Of a stretch of DNA of 64,000 nucleotides, positions 35,105 to 47,487 are shown piece after piece; the stretch's first letter is position 1; each line of letters begins with the position of its first letter. Under the pieces are notes generated by a model. That model was not told the origin of the DNA. It saw only the letters and a list, made by a program, of their open reading frames with translations, and made no database searches. A program made the translations under genes and the position numbers. The stretch is from Minutocellus sp. GHC0000111 (taxonomy: Eukaryota). The stretch is from positions 6,014,001-6,078,000 of the forward strand of contig OZ361256.1 of NCBI GenBank assembly GCA_977018835.1, written 5' to 3'.

Positions 35105-37743
35105 CACAGCCCCATCTCGTCTTGTTTCGCCAGTCGGATGAAGCGTTTTTCGGCAGAAGACGAACACGTCACGAAGAAACCCACCAAAACCCAATCTCGT
35201 TCGTCAACCTTTCTTTGACCGTCCAACACCATGGTGGTCCGTCGGCGTTGCGCCGGCGTATAACTATATTTTCGTACCAAATACGCATTCATTATCATGT
35301 TTGGATATAGTTGAAGCTTACTGCATCCTCAGATTGGCCTCCGCTGCGTATCAACGCCACGAACCATCGGCCTGCTTTTCCTCCATCATCTGTCGGCCGT
35401 TCGTTTCTCTGGGGTGGCACCATTGCTCCGTCTTTGTGCTCGTCGTGCTCCCGTTGTGATGCCCCAGACCCTCTGGTACTTTCCCACGTTGTTGTTGATG
35501 ATAAACTGCCGGGATTGCGCCGCACCCCCCGTATGACCGACTCTCGCTGATCCCGACCAATCGCATCCCCACTCGACCTCCCGCGGAACTCCGACAACAA
35601 TTTTGCGCCCGAGGAGAGACAGATGGCATTGGGATAAGTTTATGCAACAATCAACCCGACAAAGGGACTTTTTGGTCTGGGAGATAAATGGGTGAGTTAA
35701 GAAGGACGTGATGTGTTTGTTTGGGTGTACCATTTACTTTTTTGCTCAATCGCGACACTGTTTTTGTAAAAGTTGGATCATGCAACTCATTTGTTGTTGT
35801 GCAGCAGCAGCAGTGTAATTTCATTTTCTAATTTTATGCATGCCCTGCTCCCATCTCTACATCCTCATCTCCATCGGTGGCCATCATGATCATTTGTTGG
35901 CGCTTGTCATCAGTTTCTGCTTTAACAGCTTCGGTCCCTTGTCCTGTTCCTTGTTCTTGCCACCCGAGAGTTTCTCGCTCCCGCCTCTCCTCGACCTTTG
36001 GATTGGATGCCCTCTCCTCAGCCTTGAACTGCGCCGTCTGTTGGGCCTCATGTCCCTTGACGCCCTGAGTCCGACGATCTTCCTTAACGCCCTCTTGGTG
36101 GGCTCGCTCTACAAACGATTCGTCGAGCCAACAGATGCCGCCCCATCCATTCTTCACTAGCCAAATGTGTTGGTCCAAGATGTGATCTTCGAGTAAGTGC
36201 CACTTGGGCGTTGTGCTAATGCCGATTGCCCGTGCTGCTTGAGGGCACTTGCAATCAATGCTTCAAGCTCTCTCACAGCCTTCTTTGCCTCATCATCCCA
36301 TTTCATGTGCCATTTCAGAAACCTGGAATGGAACATGTTGCGTCAAGAGTGTGCAGCAAATTAGAGCAAGCTTTGCAGAGCTCTTTGATGTCGTCATCCG
36401 TCATGCCATCTTCCTCGCGATTGTGCTCTAGGAGAGTTCCTTTGGTGGAGGTGTCATGGTGGATGAACTCTATTGTCCTTGGTTTCTTCTTGTTGTTGCC
36501 ATCAGAAACATTAACAGATAAAGCTCTCCAGCATTCTGCCAGCACTGCCCTTATTTTACCTGAGTCGGCCGCCTCAATGCCGGCCTTTTTCAGGAAATGG
36601 AAGTGAGGGGCATCGTCATCCTCGGCATCATCGACAGCTCCCATCTCTGGCTCGCCATCACCGTGCTTCTGACGATTGATTCTTCTCAAAGTGCTGCTGC
36701 ATGCATGCTTCATTCATGTGCAGCGTCCTCTCTTGCAATGTCAGCTTCGTCCTCATAACAGGGCACATAGTCCTCGTCTTTGTCGTCATCGTCCTCACTG
36801 ATCTCGCCGGCCTCCGTCGTGGTCAGGGTGCCCACCGTCCCAACATCGTCGTCATTGTCCCACCCATCGTCCTGCTGGCCATTGCACACCCACCAGGGAA
36901 CTTCTGGGCCTCGAGCAACATCTGCCTGTTGATTTCGTAGTCCATCGCCGCATGTCCCACCGATGTGTGTGGTGCGACCGACTTGAGGAATGCATTACAT
37001 GCCTTCGTCAAATTGAGCCGCGGCGGCGGTGTTTCGAGGCGAAATTGTTGCTCGACCGTGACCATGCATGTCGAAAGCCATCCATCCATCATCATGGAGA
37101 GCGTCGGCTGCACGAGGATTGATAGAACCGAGGCGAACAAATGTGCTCTTTTTGCATGGGGTTCGCTGAACGTCGTCGGCAAGGCAGTGTCTTGATGCCA
37201 TTTCATCCCATCCATTCTCGTTGTCTGTCCTCACAAAAAAACACACATCGCAGTCTTCGTGTTTCTTCTTCTTCAAACCCAAGATGCCCGCAGTGTGCAT
37301 GACGGTGCCGTACATGATGGGACTGCATCCCAACACATTCATCAAGGAGTCGTTGTTGTTGCCGACGAAATTGTAGTAATGAAGTTCCTTTCTGCGAAGA
37401 CGGACGAGCAGTTCAGCCAGGGCGTCCTGCACCGCGCAACAACTCTGTCTGCGGTGTTGACCGCGGGATTGCGGCCGTTATTTTTTTTGCTCATGGAGAA
37501 TTATGGATCGAGACCAACGGGAATATCACCAGGATGTCGGGAGCACCTGGTTGGTCTCGTGCCGTAATTCTCCCACACCAGCGCGAGATATCGCCTTCGT
37601 TCTGCACGTAGCGGCGGCAATTTGAATTTTTGCCGCCATGGTGGCTCGCGTTGGGCGCGCCGGTCGGTTGCTTCGCGCGCCGGCCGGCCACCGAAAGTGC
37701 GACCAAAAGTATGCGAGTCATCCGGCTGGCAGAAGGTGCTGTG
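35105..37743 (-). mobile_element. Deleted Chapaev/Transib(RAG1)-type DNA transposon with CACAGC termini and 4-bp TSD AGGT
   Basis: AGGT|CACAGCCCCATCT... at left and ...AGAAGGTGCTGTG|AGGT at right. Frameshifted minus-strand ORF (about 37494-35834) ends in GISTTPKWHLLEDH...GGICWLDESFVERAHQ. Confidence 0.8.
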
Positions 37744-37772
37744 AGGTACCTTTCGGTTTCAGAGGATTTGTA

Positions 37773-40700
37773 GAGGGTATACCAATAACCCCTAAAAAAG
37801 GTCATTCTTGCACCCATTTCTCTCATTTCCCACCACGTGTTTTGTTAGTCGATGTTCTCTTCGGGAGGAACGCAAATACTCCTCAACTCGTGGATATCTA
37901 CTGGACCTGCTCATTCAGTAGGTTGCCACCGACCAGTAGTATCCACTGAATTCGCAGGTCCAGTAGATTCTGGCAGGAACACACATGTTTTTTGGTCCCC
38001 CGCACACCCTCACACCGCAACCCCCCCACAAATTTTGTGACGATGACGACGACCAACAACCAGACCACGCCCAAAAAATACAAACGCAGCAGAACTTCGT
38101 TCTCAGGGAGCAAGAGAGGCAACACCAAGGCATCCAGGAAGGCGGCAAAGGCGGCAGCTGAGCCGAAAACACCATCGCCGAGCGCAAACACGTCGAAGAA
38201 GCGGCCACGGTCAAATTCGCCCCCGCGCCAAACCAACCGTCACCGTCGTCGGCGAAGAAGAGGACGGCCCCTCCTCCTATCCCCATGGCCTTTCTCCTTG
38301 CAGCAGATGTCATTCGAAGGGCTGGTAAGGATCTGTGGTGGAGAGCAACCCCCGACTCCTGCGGCAAAGATGACGTTTGTGTTTTGGTTCTCGGCAGAAA
38401 CACATGGGAAGACGTCCTCCCTGCTTTCATCGAGGCCGACTTGTTGCGTTCCAAGTCCGTCGGTGGAGGAAAGTATGAGCTACAGTGCAACGAGGAAAAA
38501 TGGAAGGACATGCAGCAACATCTCAAGGAGCATCATTGTAGTTTGAAGTTGCACTTGTCGACGTGTCGGCCGAGAGGGAAGACAAGACGCAGGGCGCTTT
38601 GTGTTTGTGCTCACAGGTTGCGTAAAAAGGAGGACAACCACCCGAAATTCTCTGGACCGGAGGGACAGAAGGTGCACGAGAAAAGAAATCCCGATGAAGT
38701 TCTGTTCTCTGGGCGCTCCTCGACTGTCTTAGCTACTAAGCTAGGTGAGAGGTTGTCAGCTCACAGAAAGGAGGTGCAGTCAGCGCATTGCGAAGCAAGA
38801 GCAAAATCACTAGTCGACGAGGCCAAGAAACTGGGTTGGATGCCAGCAAGTCTCCTCAGCATGCTGAAGGGAACTGGTGATGCTTCCGCCACTGAAGCAG
38901 CTGCAGCCTCCCCCAATGATGAAGGTTTAGGAGGAGCCGACACTTCCGTTGTCTGTGCCACCTCCAGTGACATTGATTGATGAACAGGTAAAGGTCGCTC
39001 TCGGCCTCGACTTTGTTGTTCGGATGGCCAACGATGACATGCTCCGTCCTCCTCGTCCCAATGCAACCGTCACCGAACCAATGCCAATCAGAAAAGAAAA
39101 GCAGGCGAATGAAAGAATGCGGTTCAGCGCCGTGGCTCTCTCGCGGATTGGTGGGGACACGGCGACCCAACTCGCACGTGTGAAGACCGGCAACAAATTG
39201 CAACTGCCGCGTGTCGGCAAGTTGCGTGCGATCACGGTTATGCCAAGTCAACCGGTGGTTCTCAGCTTTACAAGTGGAGAGACCAGCTCTACAAAAGCCT
39301 TACTGATGGCATCAGCAATCCCATCGGCAGAAAGGAGGTTCGTGGAAGGAAGGCACACATGGACATGATCGAGGAGAAGGAGCCAGGACATCTCCGCGAG
39401 CTGTGTCGGCATGCTGCTCGGATGAAGGGTGCGATGGCAACCTTTAAGGAGCTAGCTGACTGTATGAGCGCAAAATCAGCTACTCCAGATGAAGACAGGC
39501 TGACAATTAGTCTCCATCGTCTTCAGCTTTTTCGCTGGTGGAAAAAGCAAGGCGGCAAGGAGAAGTCGTCGATCGAGAAGCCGAGGCTCACCCCCGAATG
39601 TTGCAGGAAGCGACTTGATTGGATCGAAAAGTGGGAGGACATTACGACCGATCCCAACATTCCTGTAGCGTATCTTGATGAAAAGTTGTTTTACACTGCT
39701 ACTCGGCGACGAAAGATCAAGATGTTGCCACTTTCTGACGAAGAACTAAGTAGTCCGAACCTCGCGTCTATCCATGCTTCCGAGGCAAGCCCGAAAATTC
39801 GATCCAGAAGACACCCTGTCAAAGTCATGTGTCTTGGAGTTGTTGGCCGACCAATGAAGGATGAAAAACCAAAGACGTTGATTTCAATGGGCGCATCATG
39901 ATCAAGAGAGTCGCCAGGGAGCAGAAGGTGGAAAAGCTTACGCGTAATCAGAATTTCTCTCCAGATGCTAAGGTCAACGATGCGCTAAAAAATGACAAAG
40001 ATTGGCGCGACATTTACGACGAGAATGCTGACATGACCGCCGGCCATCTTTGCGACCACATTGCCGAAATCTACGGCCTTTCTGAGTTTGTTACAGAGCG
40101 ATTGGAACTTCAATACGAGGACTATAAATCCGACGGTCAGGCAAAAAGTCGCAAGCATGCCGCTGTTGGCTACAATCAAAAGAAGATCTCGAGTCTCAAT
40201 CAAGCGACACACTCCTGATAGCAATGGAGAGAAGGTGAAGGTTGAGATCGACGACCTTGAGCTCGGGGTGCGGCATCAACGGGGCGATAAGGTTACCAAG
40301 GACTGTAGCTGCGACTCCAAATGGATGTTGGAGACTATGAATGAGGTCGGGAAGGCGATTCGAGACGCACATCATTGGGGGTGAAGTGGGATCCACACAA
40401 AATATTCAGGAGTCAGTCTGATGATGTTATGCATCTTATGATGGACAATGCCGGTGGTCATGGGTCCAATGAAGCAGTTGAGAAGTACACCGAGGACCTC
40501 AAAAACAAATATAAGATTGAGATAATCCAGCACTCGGCATCTGGATGTCTTTGCAGTCGGCCGTCGAAAAAAGGAGCATCGCGGTCAGAAGAATGATGCG
40601 AATGCTCTTGACAAGACTGTGATGAAAGTATGGGCCAATGTCGCATCAAAAGAGGCCTTTCTCAATGTATTTGGAAAACTTCCAGTGATATATAACAACA

Positions 40701-40895
40701 TCAAGAGAAGTCGTGGCGGTAACAATCTTGTGGAGACCAGACGGGGAAAGGCTGGTCTCTCGCAAAAATTGCCGAGGAAGAAGCTGAAGAGGATGGTGAA
40801 CCACTCTGGCCAATTGATGCTCCCGGCGAAGATGATGACATTGAGGACGACATAGATGAAAATGATGAAGACGATGGAGTCATTGATTTGCTATA
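37773..40895 (+). mobile_element. Degenerate Tc1/mariner (IS630 superfamily, plant-mariner-like) transposon; right end not identified
   Basis: Frameshifted ORF chain 38285-40895: KPRLT...RLDW, VAYLDEKLFY, PVKVMCLGVVGRP, LMMDNAGGHG, LGIWMSLQSAVE, GGNNLVE. Probably begins at TA|GAGGGTAT. Confidence 0.75.
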
Positions 40896-41491
40896 ACTTA
40901 TCATAGCATGTCCATTTCTATTCATTACATATTTTGATTTGGTGGTGCTTCCAAAAATGTATTTTTTCCCGGGGTGAGGAATGCAAATGTCGAAAAAAAT
41001 CATCACATAATGTACATTTATTGGTTCTGGTGCACAATATCTCTCGACTATATGTAGAAGTTGGTGACCATAACTTGGTTCTTGCCCCGACTTCCATCTT
41101 GGCCGTCATTTATTCCTCGGAGTTAGAAAAAGTGAGCTTGGATTTTTGGTCTGGTGTGGTCGTGTTTCTAATACGTCATCATCGCGTCACTTTCAAATCC
41201 TCTGAACTCGAAAGGTACATATTGACGGCGCCTGCCGCTTACGAGCTCTTACCATGGCCGGTAACAAATCCGGCATGGCGTTCCGGGTTTTGGGCATTTC
41301 CCCCTTTTTTTCACACAGCTAAAGCTGTCTCACAAGCACTTTTCAGTATCTTTTCCAACCTTCTTTCGGTTGTCGGTCGCTCCGGCTCTCCAATTGCAAA
41401 TAAATGGATGCCAGCCCTGGAGGGGGAGATCAGATTCTATTGCAGGAATTCTTACCGGTACATGTAGTAGCAGATCCTAACCCATATATTT

Positions 41492-43069
41492 TTATGCAAT
41501 CTTTCCCATCAAAACCAGATTTCTCTTGGATGTTTCACTCGAATACATCCCCAGCGTCGTCGAATACTCCTCCGAAATGCAATCCAACCTCATGCTGTTG
41601 ATGAGACATCGTGCTCGAGACGATATGTCCAGCTGAAAATCGGTCTCGGCCAGTTTTGCAATGACCTTGCTGTTGTCCCTGTGCTTGGTTTTGGCCTCGC
41701 TTTGCTTGCGCGTATCATTATCACCATCCCCTTGTTGTTCCCCATTGGTTTGATCATCAGTGCAACACAGACCGCACCACTTTGGTGTAAATCCCTGAAT
41801 GTATCGTTTTGTGTAGCAGCACGGACACAACATGAAATTGCACTGCTTCCGTTGCGCAAAATGTATGGCCAAATCACTCAAATCGCCACAGGCATGGAGA
41901 CCGCATACCAGATCCACGTCGTCTTCATCAAATGTAGTGAAATCCTGCAATACTGTTTGTACACGACAGGCCACGCCCATGGCCTCGGCGTACTCCTTGG
42001 CTGCCTGGAGAGATCGCTCATTGACATCCACAATGGTCACGGTCGTGTGGGGAAATTCCAACGCAATCCGAACGGCCAGGTCGCCCCGTCCCCCGCCAAC
42101 GTCGACGACGTTTTTGGTATCAGTTGTTACAAATCCACCCTCTCTCATCCTCCGTATCATCCATTGGATCTGCGGCTCCTTCTTACGATTGATGTACTCG
42201 ACGCGACGACGATCCGAGTCGGCACTGATTGGAAGATTCAAAGGCAATGATGCTGATGTGGACGATTGCGTCGCCGACGCCGCCGCTGCATGCACATCTC
42301 CATCTCCATCCCCATCCAATGCCGGACATTGTAACGTCCAATTCTTCTCTCCCCTCCGTCCAATGTCCTCGAGACGTTGCAGCAATGCCACGTCCATCTT
42401 GCTGGTGTGCGGCAACCTCTTGCGGGGTGGTCCCTTGGAATCTGCCTTGCCCTGTATCCTTCTGATGAATGTATTGATCACTTCTCTGCTGGGCTCTGAT
42501 TGGTCTGGGCCGAGAAGCTGATCCAGTTCTTCCTTTGTGGAACAAATGACACTGGCATCGTGCCGACCGTCGAGGACTCCTTTCAGCGCCGTGCGGACAC
42601 AGGTTGGATCGGACGATGATTTGATCAACTGAATGTCGTCCACGGCAACGCCGTTATCTTTGCCCTCGGTGATGCCATCGTCATTGCAAGCGACAAAGGA
42701 GGAGATGACGCCTACGATGCTACCCGGAAACAGGAAATCGTACGAGTTGTCGCGAGGGATGACGTGCGGCCGACTCTTGGGTTCGTCGGTTGACTTGACG
42801 GTGAGGATGAGACGCTGGTTCCTAATGTTCTTCTTGCGCAGAATCTCCCCCTCGTGGACGGAGGAGGCCGTCGTTGCTTCGGAATCGTCTTCGGCGGCCG
42901 CCATCGTGCTCGTCATTGATTGTGTAGGCCTAACTGGTTCAGTGGTCGAGCTGAATTTGCCGGGTTTGCCTGGCGACGGACGGACGAAAGAGGGCATAAA
43001 TACTTTTCGCGCCATGACACCCACACACAAGCCTCGCCCGGGGCCCCCGGCCGCGCCTGCTGCAAACAC
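41492..43069 (-). CDS. SAM-dependent methyltransferase (Methyltransf_32-like); start uncertain
   Basis: KKEPQI, VVDVGGGRGDLA, VTIVDVN, GLHACGDLSDLA, LCPCCY, SKRNLVLMG. Confidence 0.82.
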   Translation of the reverse strand: MFAAGAAGGPGRGLCVGVMARKVFMPSFVRPSPGKPGKFSSTTEPVRPTQSMTSTMAAAEDDSEATTASSVHEGEILRKKNIRNQRLILTVKSTDEPKSRPHVIPRDNSYDFLFPGSIVGVISSFVACNDDGITEGKDNGVAVDDIQLIKSSSDPTCVRTALKGVLDGRHDASVICSTKEELDQLLGPDQSEPSREVINTFIRRIQGKADSKGPPRKRLPHTSKMDVALLQRLEDIGRRGEKNWTLQCPALDGDGDGDVHAAAASATQSSTSASLPLNLPISADSDRRRVEYINRKKEPQIQWMIRRMREGGFVTTDTKNVVDVGGGRGDLAVRIALEFPHTTVTIVDVNERSLQAAKEYAEAMGVACRVQTVLQDFTTFDEDDVDLVCGLHACGDLSDLAIHFAQRKQCNFMLCPCCYTKRYIQGFTPKWCGLCCTDDQTNGEQQGDGDNDTRKQSEAKTKHRDNSKVIAKLAETDFQLDISSRARCLINSMRLDCISEEYSTTLGMYSSETSKRNLVLMGKIA

Positions 43070-43621
43070 GTTACTTTCATTGCATGCAAAAGACGTCGTA
43101 AACAGGCAGTGACCGCATTAGTTATTGAGCATCTCGAGATTTCAAGGCAAGGCGAGTGGAGAGCCGCACCGGCAGTACATGATACGGTGCATTTCACCCC
43201 CGGCTGATTTGTGATTGTCTCATTTCCGGCACATCTTGTGTTGGTTTCTCGCTGCCGCAATTAATTTCTGTGTGGGATCGTCTCATAATTTCTCCGAAAT
43301 CATTGGGTCATCGCCGCACGGTGCTTTGCCAAATCAAACGAAAGCAGGCCGCAAAGTACAAAGATAGACCATTCGTGGAGGAAACAAACGCTTCGACTTG
43401 GTGAAGAAGTGTTCTGACCACAGGGACGCACAGTTTGGGGGTCGAAAACTTGATTGGTATCTTTTGCAGTTGGCGCCAATAAGTAAGGCCGAAAGTTACG
43501 ATTCATTCAGACATCTCGCCAATAAGTGACTTGAAGCCTGGTAGATAATTGCATTCCTTCCTGCCAGTAGCTGGTTGACTGATCTTCGACATCTCAACCA
43601 AACGCAGTTAGATTTGAAGCC

Positions 43622-46600
43622 ATGCTCGGACTAATCAACGACTGCGCCGAGCAGCTGGTCATTCAAAAGTTTGGCATCGACTCCTGGCATGCCATCAAGG
43701 AGGCGGCGGGTTGTCCCATCAAGGACTATGGGTTCGAGCAGCACGGACATTATCCCGACAGTGCCACGGTTGACATCGTCGTGGCCGCCGCCGACGCGCT
43801 TTCGGTGACAGTCTATGATGTTTTGGAACTCTTTGGGCAGTTTTTCCTCGAGTACACCATCGACAAGGGATACGACAACCTCCTCCGGTGCCAGGGCTCG
43901 ACCCTGCGATTGTGGCTGTCCAATCTCAATGCCATGCACGATCATCTTCAATCGTCGCTGCCCGCTGGCAACTTTCCGGTGTTTTGGTGCGAGAACTGCA
44001 CTACCGAGGACGGTGCCATCATCCTGCATTACTACAGCGTCCGTGGACCACTGCTGGCCAGCGTCGTGGTCGGTATAACCGAGGAGGTGGCCAAGACCTA
44101 CTTCGACGTGGAGATCAAGATGGACAAGATTGCCACGCAGGGCGAGGATGGGAGCGAGTGCACCACGTGGCGCATATCGTCCGTGGACCCCGACAAACGC
44201 CACAAGCTAACGCAGCAGGATCCGACGGGGACTGAGGCCACCATTGTCAAGAATGCCATGGATCGGAGGGCCACGTTGAGGCACAACAATCGTCGCAGTA
44301 GTGCCGGCTCTTCGACCACCCGCAGCACCCACACCAGTACGTTCGATCCAGAGGCATCCTTGGTGTCGATATCCAACGGGGCGTGTCCGTTTTCGGAAAG
44401 TGCCATGCACAAATCCATGGTATCTCTCGCATCTAATGAGGAGAAGAAGCAGGCCGAGGTCGGTCATAACAGCAGCAATGAACTGGTCCGGAGAAAGATG
44501 CTCCAGAGAAGGGCGAGCAGCGAACAATTGCAGCGCAGATCCTCGTCGGGGAGCAACGTGTCAGCGAGCGTCAATACAGCCCCGGCCACGTGTCCCTTCT
44601 CCGGTACTGTCAACGAGGAAGGCAAGATATCCCGCGACAGCAGCCTTGGCAGCAATAGAGGCAAGTCTTCATCGTCATCGTCGTCGGACGCTTTGGGGTT
44701 GCCTTCGGCAAAAGTTCGATCGGTATTTCCGTACCATGTGGTGAGTTGCGATTCAAAATGATTTCGATCAAATTCGCGGGAAAAGTCTGGCATTTTCGTT
44801 CTTCTTCTGAGAACTTCTTCAAACCTCATCTCATTTTGATTTTTTTTGCTATTTCACTGCTATGATACTCATGGACTGTGTCAATATGTTTGTGTTGTGA
44901 TCGTCAGATGGTCGACGTCAACTTCAAAGTCCTTCAGGTCGGCCGGGCTTTGCCGGAAATTCTCATGCGGGATGTGTCGGACCTTGTCGGTCGCCCCGTT
45001 GGTGAGGTGCTCAAAATTACCAAGCCCATCCTTGCCGGTTGGGATTGGCCAATTCTCCAACGCCTCGCCGATCAAAAGTTCTATCTCGTTCCGGTTCCCT
45101 TTGATGATACTGTCACCGGCGCGTACATCGAACAAACGGATGTCAAGTTCAAGGGGAACATGATCCAGATTACAACCGACAAGGCCATGTTCGTTCTCAG
45201 CCCCGACGCCGAGAACATTCACGAACTCAATCAGATGGGTCTCACTATGTCGGATTTGCCTCTTCATAGCTTCCAGCGCGATGTGGTGTTCCTTGGAGAG
45301 CACATTGCATCGGAGGTCAAGACGGCGCACAAGCTCGATAAGCTGAGCAAGCGATTGAATCGAGAGAAGGACTTGTCAAACACTTTGCTGAATAGCATGC
45401 TCCCAGCGACTGTGGCAGAAAACTTGCGGGCCGGCAAGACGGTCGAACCGCTGTTGTACGAGAATGTGACTCTGTTCTTCAGCGATGTAGTCGGCTTTAC
45501 GAACATTTGTGATGCGGTGGAGCCATGGGACGTCATTGACATGTTGAACCAGCTGTATACCGTGATGGACCACCTCGCTTCGCACTTCAATTTGTACAAG
45601 GTCGAGACTATCGGCGATGCGTGTGAGTACAGTATACATCTATTTGTATATATTTCCCCCCTTGTCCTTCTTCAGCCTTACGAATCGAACGCTTGGGCAC
45701 TTATTTCCAACTAACTCAATTTCTTTTATCTCTCCTCTTCCACCACCCCTTCCCTCCAGACATGTGCTGTTCAGGGTTACCAACGCCGGACGACAATCAT
45801 GCACAAAATATTGCCAACTTTGCCATTGCCGTGTCGGAATGCGTACATCTGGTCAAGTCTCCATCCGACGGGAAACCGCTTCAGCTGCGAATCGGTATAC
45901 ATACTGGCCACTGCATGGGCGGAGTCGTTGGTACTCTAACACCGCATTACTGTTTGTTCGGTGATATGGTCAACACTACCAGCCGCCATGAATCGACCGG
46001 CGTCGGCGGTAAGATCCAGTGCTCAAGCGTTCTATACGAGCATCTCGCGGAGTACTCGGCCGATAGCGCTGGTCCACTGTACAAATTTACTCCTCGAGGA
46101 CACGTCGATATGAAGGGCAAGGGCAAGTGCTATACGTATTGGTTAGACGGTGGAAGTGAACACAATGATGTCTCAAGCCCGGCAGCGATTGAAGGGTTAC
46201 GTGAGCAAGTGAACGAGGCCCTTTCGAAGAAGAAATGGAAGAAGCGGAAGTACTTTGACTTTCGACGCCGCCGAAGCAGTGTTTACAATGGTGGGGATGG
46301 CACTGACACTGTGACCGTCGGCACAAACGCTAGTGCCCGCTTGCTTGATGCTGACGACAAGTCATTTGCAAGCCAGAGCCAAACCACTGGCATTGTTTCT
46401 GGAATAGAAGATGTGGAAGGAAACAAGTCGGAGAGCGATGTGCAACCCGCGACGGAATCCAACGATGGCGCGAGTACGGCGGCCGCAAGTGGATCAAACG
46501 TTGGTGTCGATGACGACGAAAAGGATTCCTTGGCGGAGGATGACTTATCCGATCATGATACAGTCTCCTTTGCTGAATTAAAGAAGACGCAATGGGCCGA

Positions 46601-47487
46601 TATCAAATGGGACCCCAACCTATCGCGGATCGAACTTGTCGCCTCAATCCATGGTCTGCTTTCCAGCATGCTTTGGAAGTGCTGCGCCCAAGTCACGCCC
46701 GACCTGCCGTCCAACAAGAACGTATTAGACCACGAGCTCCTTCGCTATGTGGACCGTGTTTCCTCTCTGTATGATGACCACCCGTTCCATTCGTTCGAAC
46801 ATGCGGCCCAGGTTGTGTTGTCGGCGGCCCATCTGGTAAACGAGTACAATAAAGCCAAGCAGCATCTCACCACTCCGCATGACTCCAATGCATTCACCCG
46901 CTTCATCACGGTCTTTGCCGCTCTTATTCATGATGTGAAGCATCTCGGCTGTCCCAACGCGCAGCTTGAAAGGGAAAGTCATCCATTGAAGGTCGTGTAC
47001 TCCCAGGGAAGTTATCAGGAGAGACAATCCATCCAGGTTGCGCTCGGAATATTCGTCGAGGAATTTTCGGCCCTGCCCACCACAATGCTCAAGTTATGTC
47101 CTGATTTTCTTCACCTCGTAACAGCAGCCGTCCTAGCCACCGATGTTGCGAACAAGGAGACACAGGCAAGGATTCAAGAGCGTTTCGAAAGAGTACTGAT
47201 CATTGCGCAGGAAGATGTGACCGAGTTTGATAAGACACAGTCCTGTAAGGGAACGAAAGGCTCCTACCGCAAGGGCGGTAAGCCCCAAGCTCAAGTCGAG
47301 GAAGGACAGTCAAAAGCAATCTCGACGAAGCAGCGGCTTGAGGGACTCCTTACCCAAGAAAATGAAGAAAAAGCGCTTCTCTCTTTTCAGTCGCAAATCG
47401 TCGAGCCAAAATGAAGAGGTGACCAAGGCTGCTGAAAACGCCGAAGAATGTTTTCCTGAGCAAATCAGTGCAGTGGACGACACCTAA
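43622..47487 (+). CDS. H-NOX / PAS(HNOBA) / guanylate cyclase / phosphodiesterase fusion; introns 44741-44907 and 45623-45759; PDE C-terminus lost near 47243
   Basis: H-NOX: MLGLI, NAMHDHL, YYSVR. HNOBA: GLTMSDLPLH. Cyclase: FSDVVGFT, KVETIGDAYM, PHYCLFGDMVNTTSRHES. PDE: PFHSFEHA, LIHDVKH.G, LATD. Confidence 0.9.

Noticed and set aside
35105..37743. Complete RAG1-RAG2 (ProtoRAG-like) transposon
   Set aside because: The TSD is 4 bp rather than 5 bp, there is no RAG2/kelch ORF, and the catalytic core is missing in this copy.
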